DNA from: Gemmatimonadota bacterium
GTDB lineage: Bacteria; Gemmatimonadota; Gemmatimonadetes; Gemmatimonadales; Gemmatimonadaceae
Length of the DNA stretch: 64,000 nucleotides
Direction of reading: 5' to 3'
NCBI GenBank assembly: GCA_028287235.1
Contig: JAQBQB010000019.1
Span: 104,184 to 168,183, forward strand
The notes under the pieces are model-generated. The model had not been told where the DNA came from and did no database searches. It saw nothing but the letters and a program-made list of their open reading frames with translations. A program made the position numbers and the translations under genes. Shown here in pieces: positions 37,670 to 48,709 of this stretch; position 1 is the stretch's first letter; the number at the start of each line of letters is the position of its first letter.

Positions 37670-38824
37670 ATGCGACGCGGCACGCCCGAGGCGGTAGTCG
37701 CTACGCTCATCCTGCTGCTGCTCGGCACGTACGTGTGGTACACGCAGAGCGTCGTGGTCCAGTTGCGCGCGAGCGCGCGCCACTCCACGGAGATGTATGC
37801 TCGCGTCTTCCACGGGCTGGGTGATCCTACCCCGGGCTCGGAGACGCAGTCGCTGATCGATCTGTCGAAGAGCATCACGGAGCAGGGCGTGCCGCTCATC
37901 GCGACGGACTTGCGCGGGAAGCCCAGCGCCCACGCGAACCTGCCGTTCGACAAGAAGGACACTGTCTCGAATGACGATCCGCGAGTGAGCGCGTATGTCG
38001 GCGTGCTCGCGGCGCAGCATCCGCCGATCGTGGACTCGGCGAGCGGCAGGGTCTACTATGGCGACCCGCCGGTGGTGCAGGGGTTGCGCATCATTCCCGT
38101 GCTTCAGGCGCTGACGGCCGCGATCCTGTTGCTCGCTGGTTTGTACATCATCCGCACGCGCGGCGACGCCGCGCGCGAGCGGCTGTGGGCGGGCATGGCG
38201 CGGGAATCGGCGCATCAGCTCGGAACGCCGCTCTCGAGCCTTGGCGGCTGGATCGAGCTGCTCGAGGACGGCGCGTCGCCCGACGTGTCGCAGGCCGCGG
38301 TCGTGCACATGCGCGGCGATCTCGAGCGCCTCGACCGAGTGGCGCATCGCTTCGAGCGCATCGGCCGCGAGCCGAAGTACGAGGAGATCGATCCGGCGGC
38401 GATCGTGGGCCGGATCACGCGCTACTTCCAGGCGCGCGTTCCCACGTTGGCCAATACCATCGCCGTCACGTCCGTGATCGCGCCCGATCTTCCGGTGGTG
38501 CGCGGCGACGCGGTGCTGCTCGAGTGGGCGATCGAGGTGCTGACCAAGAACGCCATCGACGCCCTCGCGGGGCGCGGCGGACGCGTTGAGGTTGCGGCCG
38601 TGCACGGTCCCAACGACGCCGTGGTGCTTCGTGTGGCAGACGACGGCCCCGGCGTGCCGCGCGAGCTGCGGGCCAAGATTTTCGATCCGGGCTTTTCGAC
38701 GAAAAAGAGCGGATGGGGCATCGGTCTTTCGCTCGCCAAGCGCATCGTCGAAGAGAATCACGGCGGCAGGCTCGTGCTCGTTCCCACGGAGCGTGGAGCG
38801 ACGTTCGAGATTATTCTTCAGTGA
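37670..38824 (+). CDS. Membrane sensor histidine kinase
   Basis: Two TM segments flanking a periplasmic region, H-box ESAHQLGTPLSSL, N-box ..LTKNAIDA.., and G-boxes DDGPGV / GWGIGL. Confidence 0.85.
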   Translation: MRRGTPEAVVATLILLLLGTYVWYTQSVVVQLRASARHSTEMYARVFHGLGDPTPGSETQSLIDLSKSITEQGVPLIATDLRGKPSAHANLPFDKKDTVSNDDPRVSAYVGVLAAQHPPIVDSASGRVYYGDPPVVQGLRIIPVLQALTAAILLLAGLYIIRTRGDAARERLWAGMARESAHQLGTPLSSLGGWIELLEDGASPDVSQAAVVHMRGDLERLDRVAHRFERIGREPKYEEIDPAAIVGRITRYFQARVPTLANTIAVTSVIAPDLPVVRGDAVLLEWAIEVLTKNAIDALAGRGGRVEVAAVHGPNDAVVLRVADDGPGVPRELRAKIFDPGFSTKKSGWGIGLSLAKRIVEENHGGRLVLVPTERGATFEIILQ

Positions 38825-41154
38825 TGTCGATGCTGCTCGATGAAAAGTTGACCGCCGGCCTGAACCCGGCGCAGAGAGAGGCCGTTCTCCACGTGAACGG
38901 CCCGATTCTCGTGCTCGCTGGCGCGGGCTCGGGAAAGACACGGGTGCTCACGTCGCGCATCGCGCGCCTCATCGACGTGGAAGGCGTCGATCCGCGCGAG
39001 ATTCTCGCCGTCACCTTCACGAACAAAGCCGCCGGCGAGATGCGCGAGCGTATCGGCCGCCTGCTCGGCACTGCGCCGGCCGGTATGTGGGTCGGCACCT
39101 TCCACGCGATCGGCGCGCGTATGCTACGCTCCTCGGCGCATCTCGTCGGACGCTCGTCGTCGTACACGATCTACGACCAGGACGATTCGCTCGGCGTGAT
39201 CAAGCGGTTGATGGAGCGCCACGGCATTCCGCAGAAGCAGTTCACGCCGCGCGGAATTCAGTCGGCGATCTCCGAGGCGAAGAACAAGCTCATCTCGACG
39301 GCCGAGTACGACACGCTCGCCATGGATCCGTTCTCCAAGGCGGTGGGCGCGGTGTATCGGTCGCTCGGCGAAGCATTGCAGCTCGCGAATGCCGTGGACT
39401 TCGACGATCTGCTCGTGCTGCCCGTGCGGGTGCTCCAGCAAAATCAGGACAAGCTCGAGAGCTACCGCCGGCGCTTCCGGTACATTCTCGTCGACGAGTA
39501 TCAGGACACCAACCGCGCGCAGTACGAGTTGATCAAGCTGCTCGGCGGCGTGCACGGGAACGTTTGCGTCGTCGGCGACGACGACCAGTCCATTTACGGA
39601 TGGCGCGGCGCGGACATCCGGAACATCCTCGACTTCAACAAGGATTTTCCCGAGCCCACGATCGTGCGGCTCGAAGAGAACTACCGGTCGACGCCGCAGA
39701 TTCTCGACCTGGCGAACGCGGTGATCGTCGAGAACACCGGACGCATGGGAAAGACGCTCCGCGCCACGCATCCGGCGGGCGAGACGGTGACCGTGGTGCG
39801 GTCGCTCGACGAGCGCGACGAGGCGGACTTCGTCGTCGGCGAGATGATGGCGCGGCGTTCGGCGTCGTCGTCGCTCGAGCTCAACGACGTCGCGGTGCTC
39901 TATCGCACGAACGCGCAGAGCCGCGCCCTCGAAGAGGCGCTGCGGCGCCACGCGGTGCCGTATCGCCTCGTGGGGGCGGTGCGCTTCTACGACCGCCGAG
40001 AGATCCGCGATCTCATGGGCTACCTCAAGCTCATCGCCAATCCCGCCGACGACGAGGCGTTCCGCCGCGCGGTGGCCGTGCCGAAGCGCGGCTTGGGAGA
40101 GACGACGATCGAGCAACTCGCCGAAGCGTCGCGACTGACAGGGCTGCCAATGTTCGAAGGTGCGCAGAACGCCGAGATCACGGGCACGCTGCGCCCGGCG
40201 GCGCGCGTCGCACTCGCGGAGTTCGTGCGTCTCATCTCGTCTCTGCGCGAGCGCGCCACCGAGTCCGCGGTTGACGAGTTGCTGCGCGAGCTCGTGGAGT
40301 CGATCAAGTACGGCGACTATCTACGTGCCGAAGGACCGGAGTCGGCCGAGCGGCTCGACAACGTGCGCGAACTGATGACGGGCGCGGCCGAAGTCGTGGC
40401 GGACGAGTTGGGCGAAGTCGGCTTACGTCCCCTCGATCATTTTCTCCAGCGCGCCACACTCGTCGCCGGCGTCGACGGCATGAACGCCGATGCCGATGCC
40501 GTGACGCTCATGACGTTGCACAACGCGAAGGGTCTCGAGTTCCCGGTGGTGTTCATCACGGGACTCGAGGACGGTCTCTTTCCGCTCGGCAAGGCGTACG
40601 ACGATCCGAAGCTGCTCGAGGAGGAGCGCCGGCTGCTGTACGTCGGCATCACTCGCGCCGAACGGAAGCTGTACATGACGTACGCCGAGGAGCGCCGCCG
40701 CAACGGCGAGACGATGCCGGCGCGGCAGTCCAGCTTTCTCGACGGCATTTCCGACCGTATGGTCGAGAAGCGCAGCACGATCAAGGTGCGCAGCTCGGGG
40801 CGCTCGGTCATGCGCGCCGGCGGCACCATGATGGGCGGCTACGATCGTGGCTTCGGACGCGGCGCGCGGTTGGGGCTCGACGCCGAGGAGTTCGCGCCGC
40901 GCCAATCGCCGTCGGCGCGGCGGCCCGGCTCGCCGGTGCCGGGGTTCGCGAGCGCACCGGAAGACGAGTCGCAGGATGCGCCGATGTTCACCATCGGCGC
41001 GCGCGTCAAGCACCGGAAGTTCGGCACCGGCACGATCGCCGAGCTCGCCGGTGTGGGCCGCGACGCGAAGGTCAAAGTCGACTTCGACGACGAGACCATC
41101 GGGCGAAAGACGCTCGTCATCGCGCAGGCGAACCTGGAACGAGGCGACGAATAG
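38824..41154 (+). CDS. uvrD: ATP-dependent DNA helicase UvrD/PcrA
   Basis: ..[23 protein letters not shown].., DEYQDTN, and ..[14 protein letters not shown].. . The C-terminal Tudor-like tail is ..[10 protein letters not shown]... Confidence 0.93.
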   Translation: MSMLLDEKLTAGLNPAQREAVLHVNGPILVLAGAGSGKTRVLTSRIARLIDVEGVDPREILAVTFTNKAAGEMRERIGRLLGTAPAGMWVGTFHAIGARMLRSSAHLVGRSSSYTIYDQDDSLGVIKRLMERHGIPQKQFTPRGIQSAISEAKNKLISTAEYDTLAMDPFSKAVGAVYRSLGEALQLANAVDFDDLLVLPVRVLQQNQDKLESYRRRFRYILVDEYQDTNRAQYELIKLLGGVHGNVCVVGDDDQSIYGWRGADIRNILDFNKDFPEPTIVRLEENYRSTPQILDLANAVIVENTGRMGKTLRATHPAGETVTVVRSLDERDEADFVVGEMMARRSASSSLELNDVAVLYRTNAQSRALEEALRRHAVPYRLVGAVRFYDRREIRDLMGYLKLIANPADDEAFRRAVAVPKRGLGETTIEQLAEASRLTGLPMFEGAQNAEITGTLRPAARVALAEFVRLISSLRERATESAVDELLRELVESIKYGDYLRAEGPESAERLDNVRELMTGAAEVVADELGEVGLRPLDHFLQRATLVAGVDGMNADADAVTLMTLHNAKGLEFPVVFITGLEDGLFPLGKAYDDPKLLEEERRLLYVGITRAERKLYMTYAEERRRNGETMPARQSSFLDGISDRMVEKRSTIKVRSSGRSVMRAGGTMMGGYDRGFGRGARLGLDAEEFAPRQSPSARRPGSPVPGFASAPEDESQDAPMFTIGARVKHRKFGTGTIAELAGVGRDAKVKVDFDDETIGRKTLVIAQANLERGDE

Positions 41155-41465
41155 TGGCGGTCACGCTCGACGATGTTCGCCACATCGCCGCGCTCGCGCG
41201 CCTCGGGTTGAGCGAGGCGCGCGCACACACGCTCGTCGACGAGCTCAATACCATCCTCCGCCACATGGACGTGTTGTCGAAGGTGGATACGGAGGGGATG
41301 CCCGAGGTGGCGGGCGTCGGAGCGGCCGGTGCGCCGCTGCGCCCGGACAGCGGGCCGCCGATCGCGTTGTTGCGGCCGCGCGAGACATTCGCGCCGCGCA
41401 TGCAGGACGGATTCTTCCTCGTGCCGCGGTTGTCGACCCACGAGGACGCCGAGGCGTCGTCGTGA
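41154..41465 (+). CDS. gatC: Asp/Glu-tRNA amidotransferase subunit C
   Basis: ..[16 protein letters not shown]...L..IL.HMD.L..VDT.., 103 aa, directly upstream of gatA-gatB. Confidence 0.9.
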   Translation: MAVTLDDVRHIAALARLGLSEARAHTLVDELNTILRHMDVLSKVDTEGMPEVAGVGAAGAPLRPDSGPPIALLRPRETFAPRMQDGFFLVPRLSTHEDAEASS

Positions 41466-42874
41466 GCACGGCGAGCGGTGAGGCCTCGGCACGCGATGCC
41501 GTCACCGCGAGTCTTGCCCGCGCGCTGGAGGTGGGTGCGGGCCGCGCCGGCTTGAACATTCTGTTATATCAGGATGCTGATGGCGCGCTTCGCGAAGCGG
41601 CCGAGCTCGACCGGCGCGACCTACCCGAGCGTGGCCCGCTCCACGGAACGCCGGTGGTCGTCAAGGACAACATCGCCACGACGACGCTGCCGACTTCCTG
41701 CGGCTCGAAGATTCTCGAGGGCTATGTGAGTCCCTACGAGGCTACCGCCGTCGCGCGGCTCCGCGCCGCCGGCGCGATCATCGTCGGCAAGTCGAACATG
41801 GACGAGTTCGCGATGGGCTCGTCCACGGAGAACAGCGCGTACGGCCCGGCGCGGAATCCGCTCGCGCCTGATCGCGTGCCGGGAGGATCGTCGGGCGGCT
41901 CGGCCGCGGCGGTCGCGGCGGGCATCGTGCGCATCGCGCTCGGCTCCGAGACCGGCGGGTCGGTACGCCAGCCCGCGGCATTCTGTGGCGTCGTCGGCGT
42001 GAAGCCGACGTACGGGCGCGTCAGCCGGTATGGTCTCGTCGCGTTCGCGTCGTCGTTGGATCACGTCGGCGTGTTCGGGAAGACCGTCGACGACGCAGCG
42101 TCGGGCCTGCAAGCGATCGCCGGTCTCGATCCCCTCGACTCGACGTGCGCCGCCGAACCGGTGCCCGACTACCGCGGCGCGTCGCGCGGCGGGCTCACCG
42201 GTGTGGTCATCGGCCGGCCGAAGGAATACTTCCCCGAGTCGCTCGACCCGCGCATTCGCGCGAAGTGCGACGCAGCGCTGGAACACTTGAAGAGTCTCGG
42301 CGCCGAGGTGCGCGACGTCTCGCTGCCGCACACGAACCTGGCGATCGAGGTCTACTACATCATCGCGCCGGCGGAAGCCTCGTCGAACCTCGCGCGTTTC
42401 GACGGAGTGCGGTACGGACTGCGCATCGAAGGCGACGGGTTGCGCGGCATGTACGAGGCCACGCGCTCGAACGGCTTCGGGCCGGAAGTCATCCGGCGGA
42501 TCATGCTCGGCACGTACGTGCTGTCCGCCGGCTATTACGACGCGTATTATCGAAAGGCGCAGCAGGTGCGCGGGCTGATCGCGCGCGATTACGCCGAGGT
42601 CTTCAACAGCGGCGTGCATCTTTTGTTCACGCCCACCACGCCTACGACGGCGTTTCCGATCGGCTCCAAGTCCGATCCGTACGAGATGTACTTGAGCGAC
42701 ATCTTCACGTGCACCGCGAACCTCGCCGGCGTGCCGGCGATGTCGCTGCCCATCGGACGTGTCGACGGTCTGCCGGTGGGCGGCCAGCTCATCGCGAACC
42801 ACTTCGACGAGCGACAGATGTTCGTCGCCGCCTACGCGCTCGAGCGCGAGCTGGGCCAGGAGGCGCATCGATGA
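41462..42874 (+). CDS. gatA: Asp/Glu-tRNA amidotransferase subunit A
   Basis: Amidase signature ..[14 protein letters not shown].. and ..KDNI.T...PT.CGSKIL... It has a GTGA overlap with gatC. Confidence 0.93.
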   Translation: MSTASGEASARDAVTASLARALEVGAGRAGLNILLYQDADGALREAAELDRRDLPERGPLHGTPVVVKDNIATTTLPTSCGSKILEGYVSPYEATAVARLRAAGAIIVGKSNMDEFAMGSSTENSAYGPARNPLAPDRVPGGSSGGSAAAVAAGIVRIALGSETGGSVRQPAAFCGVVGVKPTYGRVSRYGLVAFASSLDHVGVFGKTVDDAASGLQAIAGLDPLDSTCAAEPVPDYRGASRGGLTGVVIGRPKEYFPESLDPRIRAKCDAALEHLKSLGAEVRDVSLPHTNLAIEVYYIIAPAEASSNLARFDGVRYGLRIEGDGLRGMYEATRSNGFGPEVIRRIMLGTYVLSAGYYDAYYRKAQQVRGLIARDYAEVFNSGVHLLFTPTTPTTAFPIGSKSDPYEMYLSDIFTCTANLAGVPAMSLPIGRVDGLPVGGQLIANHFDERQMFVAAYALERELGQEAHR

Positions 42875-44340
42875 CCGCGACCTCGCCTTCGAAGTGGACC
42901 GATCGGTACGAGATGGTCGTGGGCCTCGAGGTGCACGTTCACCTCAAGACTCGGACGAAGATCTTCTGTCGCTGCTCGACGGACTTCGGCGCCGCGCCGA
43001 ACGCCAACACCTGCCCGGTATGCCTGGCGCTGCCTGGCGCGCTGCCCGTGCTGAACGACCACGCTGTGGAGCTGGCGATCCGCGCATCCGTCGCCCTCGG
43101 CTGCACCGTGCAGTCGACGTCGATCTTCGCGCGGAAGAACTATTTCTATCCCGATCTGCCCAAGGGATACCAGATCTCGCAATTCGACCGGCCGCTTGCC
43201 ACCGGCGGCTGCGTCCAGATCGGCGTGCGCGGAGACGGGTCGCCGATCAACATCGGCGTCACACGCGTGCACATGGAAGAAGACGCGGGCAAGTCCGTGC
43301 ACGACCGCTTCGCCGGCTACACGGCGGTGGATCTCAATCGCGCCGGCGTGCCGCTCGCCGAGATCGTGAGCGAGCCCGACATGCGCGGGTCGGCCGAGGC
43401 GAACGCCTACCTCCAGGCCGTGAAGCAGATCTTGGAGTACGTCGCCGTCAGCGACGTGAGCATGGAAGAGGGAAGTCTGCGCGTCGACGCCAACATCAGC
43501 GCGCGCCGCGTGGGCGAGACGAAGCTCGGCACGAAGGCCGAGGTCAAGAACATGAACTCCTTCTCCGGCGTCGTGCGCGCGCTCGAGGTGGAGTTCGCGC
43601 GGCAGTGTGCGATACTCGACGCCGGCGGCCGCATCGAGCAGCAGACGATGCTATGGGATGCGAATACCGGCGAGGTCCGGCCAGCTCGGTCAAAGGAGGG
43701 CAGCCACGACTATCGCTACTTCCCCGAGCCGGATCTCCCGCCGCTCGTCGTGCCGCTCGAGCGCATCGACCACATCACGCGCCACCTGCCGGAGCTGCCC
43801 GACGCGCGCCGCAAACGCTACAAGCGCGACTACCCGGACCTCACCGACTACGACGTGGAGCTCCTCACCGCCGGACCGGCGATGGGCGAATACTTCGAAC
43901 ACGCCGCGCGCGCGGCCAACGATCCCAAGACGGCGGCGAACTGGATGCTCGGCGAAGTTCTCGCCGCGCTCAAGTCGACGAACCAGCCGATCGACCATTT
44001 CACCGTGCGGCCGGGCGATCTCGCCGAGCTGTTGAACCTCGTCCGCGACGGCGTCGTGAGCCACAGCGCGGCGAAGCAGATCTTTGCGCTCATGGTCAAG
44101 ACGGGCGACCCGCCGGCGCAGATTGCCGAACGCGAAGGGCTGGTCAAGGTCTCCGACGACTCGGCGCTCGTGGCGTGGATCGACGAGGTGTTCGCGGAGC
44201 ATCCCGCCGAAGCCGAGCGCTTTACCGGCGGCGAGCGCCGGCTACAGGGCGTGCTCGTCGGCTACGTGATGAAAAAATCCAAAGGAAGCGCGGACCCGAA
44301 GAAGGTCAATCAGTTGTTGGCCGGCCGCGCCGCGACGTAG
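42871..44340 (+). CDS. gatB: Asp/Glu-tRNA amidotransferase subunit B
   Basis: ..[21 protein letters not shown].. and ..NRAGVPL.EIV.EPD... It has an ATGA-type overlap with gatA. Confidence 0.95.
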   Translation: MTATSPSKWTDRYEMVVGLEVHVHLKTRTKIFCRCSTDFGAAPNANTCPVCLALPGALPVLNDHAVELAIRASVALGCTVQSTSIFARKNYFYPDLPKGYQISQFDRPLATGGCVQIGVRGDGSPINIGVTRVHMEEDAGKSVHDRFAGYTAVDLNRAGVPLAEIVSEPDMRGSAEANAYLQAVKQILEYVAVSDVSMEEGSLRVDANISARRVGETKLGTKAEVKNMNSFSGVVRALEVEFARQCAILDAGGRIEQQTMLWDANTGEVRPARSKEGSHDYRYFPEPDLPPLVVPLERIDHITRHLPELPDARRKRYKRDYPDLTDYDVELLTAGPAMGEYFEHAARAANDPKTAANWMLGEVLAALKSTNQPIDHFTVRPGDLAELLNLVRDGVVSHSAAKQIFALMVKTGDPPAQIAEREGLVKVSDDSALVAWIDEVFAEHPAEAERFTGGERRLQGVLVGYVMKKSKGSADPKKVNQLLAGRAAT

Positions 44341-45224
44341 AGCGGCCGTTCCAGCTCGGCCGAGAACACGAGCCGCGTCTCCGGCATGCCGAAGTGCTTC
44401 TCGGCCTCGCTGCGGAGCAACTGCTCGCCCCCTTCGCGCAGCGACTTCCGGCGGACCTGCTTCGCCAGCCGCAGCGCGTCGTCGCCCGACGGATCGAGCC
44501 GAAACGTGTCCGCGCTGTCCATGCGGATCAGCAGGTCCATGATGAAGTCGTACGACCGTGAGACGTAGCGGCCGACGTCCTGGTCGGCGAGGTCCCACCG
44601 GCTGTTCTCGGTCATCAGCCCGAAGATCCGCTGCCACGACTCGTTGTCGGCCGCGATCACCATGCCGCGGAAGATCCGCCGGTTGGTGGGCGTACTGAAG
44701 ATCGTCGGGCTGAGCACGCGGTCGAGCAGCCCGTCGGCGCGCGAGTGGTCGATGAGGATCAACTCGCGCGCGCGCCGGGCGCACTCCGTGCCGAGATGCG
44801 TCTCGAACCGACTTTCCCAATAGGAGTGGCCGAGGGTCGAGGTGCTCGACGTCACCGCGAGCTGCCGCGGCACGAAGTAGTTGTGCGCCACGGAGTCCGC
44901 GGCGAGGTGCGCCAGGTAGCCCAACCCAAATGCGCGCAGCCGGTCGTCCTTCGCGCCGTCGAGGATTTCCATTCCCACGTTCCAGGAATGGCAGTGCCGC
45001 CCCGCCGGCGCGTACTTCTTCGCGATGCTCGTGTCGGCCGCGATCGATCCATACAAGAAGTCATATGGAAACTCGCGGAGCAGGGCGGCCACGGCGGGCG
45101 GCAACAGGGCGAGCGACCGCATCACGGCTTCGCCGAGATAGACGTGCGTCCCCGGCGTCCATGCGTGCGCCACGCTCGGCACGATCGCGACGACGACGAC
45201 GGCCCACGCAATTCCCACGAGCAT
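44310..45224 (-). CDS. Zinc-dependent phospholipase C-like family protein (tentative)
   Basis: Signal-like MLVGIAWAVVVVAIVPSVAHA followed by WTPGTHVYLGE.., ..YGSIAADTS.., ..LGYLAHLAADSVAHNYF... The start is uncertain (ORF-track 45443). Confidence 0.55.
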   Translation of the reverse strand: MLVGIAWAVVVVAIVPSVAHAWTPGTHVYLGEAVMRSLALLPPAVAALLREFPYDFLYGSIAADTSIAKKYAPAGRHCHSWNVGMEILDGAKDDRLRAFGLGYLAHLAADSVAHNYFVPRQLAVTSSTSTLGHSYWESRFETHLGTECARRARELILIDHSRADGLLDRVLSPTIFSTPTNRRIFRGMVIAADNESWQRIFGLMTENSRWDLADQDVGRYVSRSYDFIMDLLIRMDSADTFRLDPSGDDALRLAKQVRRKSLREGGEQLLRSEAEKHFGMPETRLVFSAELERPLYVAARPANN

Positions 45225-45295
45225 GCGCCGCGCGAAGCCGTGACGCTCCACGCGCCGCGCCTTGCGCCTCGCGCCCAACGCCCAACCCCCCACGC

Positions 45296-45742
45296 TTAGA
45301 TCCCGAGCCGCTTCCGCTGGCGACGGATGGCCCGGCGCAGGTCCTTGAGCTCGGACTCCACCACGTCGTCGATTGCGTCGCGGGCGCGGCCGGCGTATTC
45401 CGACACCTGTCCGCGAATTTCGTCCCGCGGAATACGATCCCATGCTTCCTCGCCGCGCTTCGCCGTCCAGCGGGCGCCGGCCGATCCAAGGCGCGCGGCG
45501 TGACGGCCCAGCAGGGTCGCGCCGCGGCCCACGCCGCGGACCACCGGCGCCACCGGGCGATCGCCCGACGGCCCGCGGCGCAGCATGTAGGTGATCCCAG
45601 CGCCGATCGTCATGCCGATCAGCGCGGCGGTCAGCAGGTCGTATTCGTTTTCATGCGCGCCGCTGGTTTCGCGGACGCGGACGGACACGCGGGGCTGTTG
45701 GGAGCGCCGGCGCGGCTGGTTGGGCGTTACGATCGTGGCCAT
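45296..45742 (-). CDS. YtxH-like small membrane/stress protein (tentative)
   Basis: ATG 45742 is preceded by AGGAAGG. There is a single TM (LLTAALIGMTIGAGITYML), then a charged helical tail (..DAIDDVVESELKDLRRAIRRQRKRL..). Confidence 0.55.
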   Translation of the reverse strand: MATIVTPNQPRRRSQQPRVSVRVRETSGAHENEYDLLTAALIGMTIGAGITYMLRRGPSGDRPVAPVVRGVGRGATLLGRHAARLGSAGARWTAKRGEEAWDRIPRDEIRGQVSEYAGRARDAIDDVVESELKDLRRAIRRQRKRLGI

Positions 45743-46328
45743 CACCTTCCTCCTGAATTTCGATTTCGTCGGCCAGATCGGCCGCGTCGAGCTCGTCTGA
45801 CGCAAAGTCCATCCCATCGCGGGCACGGAACGCTGCCGCTCCTTCCCGCACACCGCGCACCGTGGACGCGGTCGAGACGAAAAGATGCTCCGCCTCCTCC
45901 TGCACCACGGACAGCAGCGCGTTCAGCTCGTTCATCCGCCGCTCGGTCAGGGCCAGCGCCTCCTGCACGCGGGCGTTCGCCGCGTCGATCGTCTCGTGCA
46001 CCTTCAGCACGTCCGTCCGGATCGACGTCGTGATGAAGTTCACGTTGTCGGCGACGTTGTGCGCGTGGTTCATGATCGGCGCGATGTCGTCGTACACCCG
46101 GTCGAGCAGTTGATGCACTTTCCGGTACGTGCGCCGCGAGTGGAAGGCCACCGGCACCGCGACCACGGTCAGCGTCAGCAGCGCGATCGCGATCAACGAG
46201 CTCGCGACCTCCGTGATGCGATCCAGCATGCCGCGGTCGGGCGGCACGGCCTTCATGATCACCGTGTCGCGGAGACTCGTCGCACCCTGAATGAGCAACT
46301 CTGCAACCGGCGCCAACACTGGGGTCAT
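45651..46328 (-). CDS. DUF948-like membrane-anchored coiled-coil protein (tentative)
   Basis: TM ([22 protein letters not shown]), then repetitive helical ..[52 protein letters not shown]... The part of the ORF-track entry above 46328 is antisense to murA and was discarded. Confidence 0.6.
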   Translation of the reverse strand: MTPVLAPVAELLIQGATSLRDTVIMKAVPPDRGMLDRITEVASSLIAIALLTLTVVAVPVAFHSRRTYRKVHQLLDRVYDDIAPIMNHAHNVADNVNFITTSIRTDVLKVHETIDAANARVQEALALTERRMNELNALLSVVQEEAEHLFVSTASTVRGVREGAAAFRARDGMDFASDELDAADLADEIEIQEEGDGHDRNAQPAAPALPTAPRVRPRPRNQRRA

Positions 46329-46544
46329 CGGGACTCTGTCGTACGGAAGATGGAACGGCGTCGAGCCTTGCGGATGTGCAAGGGCGAGGCCAAGCATGCT
46401 CGGCCGCATCCTACCGCCCGCCGGCCGTCCATGCAAACGCGGGTCGCCACTGCGCATGGAATGTGCGCCTTGCCATTGACCGCGACTCGCGGGTCCGTCC
46501 ATTCTTCGCAATCTACTACTTCCCGTACCCCGTACCGTACGCTC

Positions 46545-47846
46545 ATGAGCGCACTGCAGTTCGTCGTCCAAGGAAGACAGCCGCTGGCGGGAACCATCGT
46601 TCCGTCGGGGAACAAGAACGCCGCACTGCCCATCGTGTGCGCCGCGCTGCTCACCGAGCACCCGGTGATCCTGGAGAACGTCCCGCGTATTCGCGACGTC
46701 GAGACGCTGGTCGAGCTCATTGCCTCGGCGGGGGTCGACGTCGCGTGGACGTCGCGCAACACGTTGCGCATCCACGCCAAGGAAGTGCGCTCGGCCAACC
46801 TCGACCCGAAGCTCTGTAAGAAGATCCGGGCGTCGATCCTGCTTGCCGGGCCGCTCCTCGCGCGCTGTGGCGAGATCGAGTTGCCGCCACCGGGCGGCGA
46901 CGTGATCGGGCGGCGGCGCGTGGACACGCACTTTCTCGCTCTCGAGCGCCTCGGTGCCTCGTTCGACGTGAGCGAAAAGGGCTTCCACCTGTCGACGCCT
47001 GGCCTCCGCGGCGCCGACGTGTTTCTCGACGAGCCGAGCGTGACGGCCACCGAAAACGCGCTCTGCGCGGCCGTCGCCGCCAGCGGCACGACGATTCTTC
47101 GCAACGCCGCCTGTGAGCCTCACGTGCAGGACCTCTGTCATTTCCTCGTCGCCCTGGGCGCGGAGATCGACGGCATCGGGACGAACAAGATCACCATCGA
47201 AGGCGGCCGCACACTCGGTGGAGCGACGCATCGCATTGGCCCCGACCACATCGAAGTGGGCTCGTTCATCGGGCTCGCCGCGGCAACGGGCTCCGAGATC
47301 CGCATCGCCGACGCGGGCGTCGAGCATCTGCGCTCCACGCTGCTCGGCTTCGCGCGCCTTGGTGTGTCGTGCAAGATCGAAGGCAATGACTTGGTCGTGC
47401 CCAAGGACCAGGAGCGCGTCATCCAGAGCGACATGGGCGGGCACGTGCCCAAGCTCGAGGATCAGCCGTGGCCGGCGTTCCCGGCCGATACCATGTCGAT
47501 TGCCGTAGTCGCCGCGACGCAGTGCACCGGGATGATCCTCATCCATGAAAAGATGTTCGAGTCGCGGCTGTTCTTCGTGGACAAACTCGTGAGCATGGGC
47601 GCGCGCATCGTGCTCTGCGACCCGCACCGCGCACTCGTGTCGGGTCCGTCGCGCCTGCGCGGCGGCACCGTGGATTCACCCGACATTCGTGCCGGCATGG
47701 CGATGCTCGTGGCGGCGCTGTGCGCCGAGGGACAGAGCACGATCAACAACGTCGGGCAGATCGAGCGCGGCTACGAGCGGATCGACGAGCGACTGCGGGC
47801 GCTCGGTGCGCAGGTGGAGCGCGTGGAGGACCGTCGGGCGCGATGA
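46545..47846 (+). CDS. murA: UDP-N-acetylglucosamine 1-carboxyvinyltransferase
   Basis: [36 protein letters not shown].. with the typical length and C-terminus. Confidence 0.95.
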   Translation: MSALQFVVQGRQPLAGTIVPSGNKNAALPIVCAALLTEHPVILENVPRIRDVETLVELIASAGVDVAWTSRNTLRIHAKEVRSANLDPKLCKKIRASILLAGPLLARCGEIELPPPGGDVIGRRRVDTHFLALERLGASFDVSEKGFHLSTPGLRGADVFLDEPSVTATENALCAAVAASGTTILRNAACEPHVQDLCHFLVALGAEIDGIGTNKITIEGGRTLGGATHRIGPDHIEVGSFIGLAAATGSEIRIADAGVEHLRSTLLGFARLGVSCKIEGNDLVVPKDQERVIQSDMGGHVPKLEDQPWPAFPADTMSIAVVAATQCTGMILIHEKMFESRLFFVDKLVSMGARIVLCDPHRALVSGPSRLRGGTVDSPDIRAGMAMLVAALCAEGQSTINNVGQIERGYERIDERLRALGAQVERVEDRRAR

Positions 47847-48556
47847 GCGGCACGAGCATCATCGTCGATTCCGAGGCGGTGCCCGAGGTGGCCTCGTTCG
47901 GAATTCGCGCGTTCACTACGACCCGCGCGACGGGAAGCTTCGGCGTCGCGACCACTGAGCCCGTGCGCGACGTGATGAGCCGCTGGGATGCGCTCCGCCG
48001 CGAGCTGCGCACCGGCGGCCCGCGTTTCGCCACTGCCGCGCAGGTGCACGGCACTCGCGTGCTCGTGCATCACGGTGAGTGGCAGGGCTGGCTTCGCGGC
48101 GACGACGCCGATGGCCATGTAGCCGCGGAGCGCGGTACGGCGCTCGCCGTCACCGTGGCCGATTGCGTTCCGGTCTTTCTCGCGCACCCCGCCGGCGCGA
48201 TCGCGCTGCTGCACTCTGGTTGGCGCGGCACCGCCACCCGGATCGTGGAGCGGGGAATCGAAGGGCTGACTCAGCGCGGCTTTCCCGCGTCGGAGATTCG
48301 CGTGCACACCGGCCCGGCCATCTGCGGCAAGTGTTACGAGGTGAGCGCCGACGTCTACGCGCAGCTCACCGGAACGAATCCCGGCAAGCCGACGACGGTC
48401 GACCTTCGCGCGCTGATCGCCGACCACGCGCGCGCGGCCGGGGTCATACACATCACGACGAGCCCGTCGTGCACGCGGTGTGACAACGATCGCTTCTACT
48501 CCCACCGTGCCGGCGACCTCGGCCGACAGCTCGGGGTGATGATCGCGGACGCGTAG
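47843..48556 (+). CDS. pgeF: Purine nucleoside phosphorylase / laccase-domain protein YfiH (PgeF, DUF152)
   Basis: ..[15 protein letters not shown].. and ..CGKCYEV.. motifs, with an ATGA overlap with murA. Confidence 0.87.
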   Translation: MSGTSIIVDSEAVPEVASFGIRAFTTTRATGSFGVATTEPVRDVMSRWDALRRELRTGGPRFATAAQVHGTRVLVHHGEWQGWLRGDDADGHVAAERGTALAVTVADCVPVFLAHPAGAIALLHSGWRGTATRIVERGIEGLTQRGFPASEIRVHTGPAICGKCYEVSADVYAQLTGTNPGKPTTVDLRALIADHARAAGVIHITTSPSCTRCDNDRFYSHRAGDLGRQLGVMIADA

Positions 48557-48563
48557 GCGCCTC

Positions 48564-48591
48564 ACGCCCCACGCCCCACGCCCCACGCCCC
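48564..48591. repeat. Four perfect tandem copies of the heptamer ACGCCCC
   Basis: Read directly. It is followed by TTGCCTCCCCCC (48592-48603). The complement is GGGGCGT x4. Confidence 0.95.
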
Positions 48592-48654
48592 TTGCCTCCC
48601 CCCATTTCCCAGCCTACTTTATCAATGCTACCCGGCACGTGTGGTCGGGAGCAG

Positions 48655-48685
48655 AATGTGGGGGATGCTCCCCACATTTTTTTAT
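48655..48685 (+). terminator. Intrinsic terminator between pgeF and rimP (possible leader attenuator of the rimP-nusA-infB operon)
   Basis: 9-bp stem AATGTGGGG/CCCCACATT with a 6-nt loop, followed by a T-run (TTTTTTTATT). Confidence 0.75.
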
Positions 48686-48709
48686 TCTAGACGATTGCCT
48701 CGACGAGAT

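Noticed and set aside
44310-44340. Convergent 3'-end overlaps: gatB with the PLC-like gene (31 nt), and murI with lpxH (62474-62539, 66 nt).
   Set aside because: Tail-to-tail overlaps of this size are common in compact GC-rich genomes and need no special explanation. No conserved structure is visible in the overlaps.
48641-48709. ORF-track N-terminal extension of rimP (MVGSRMWGMLPTFFYSRRLPRRD).
   Set aside because: It would be translated through the intrinsic terminator hairpin and T-run, and it shows no RimP-like sequence. The start was moved to GTG 48710.
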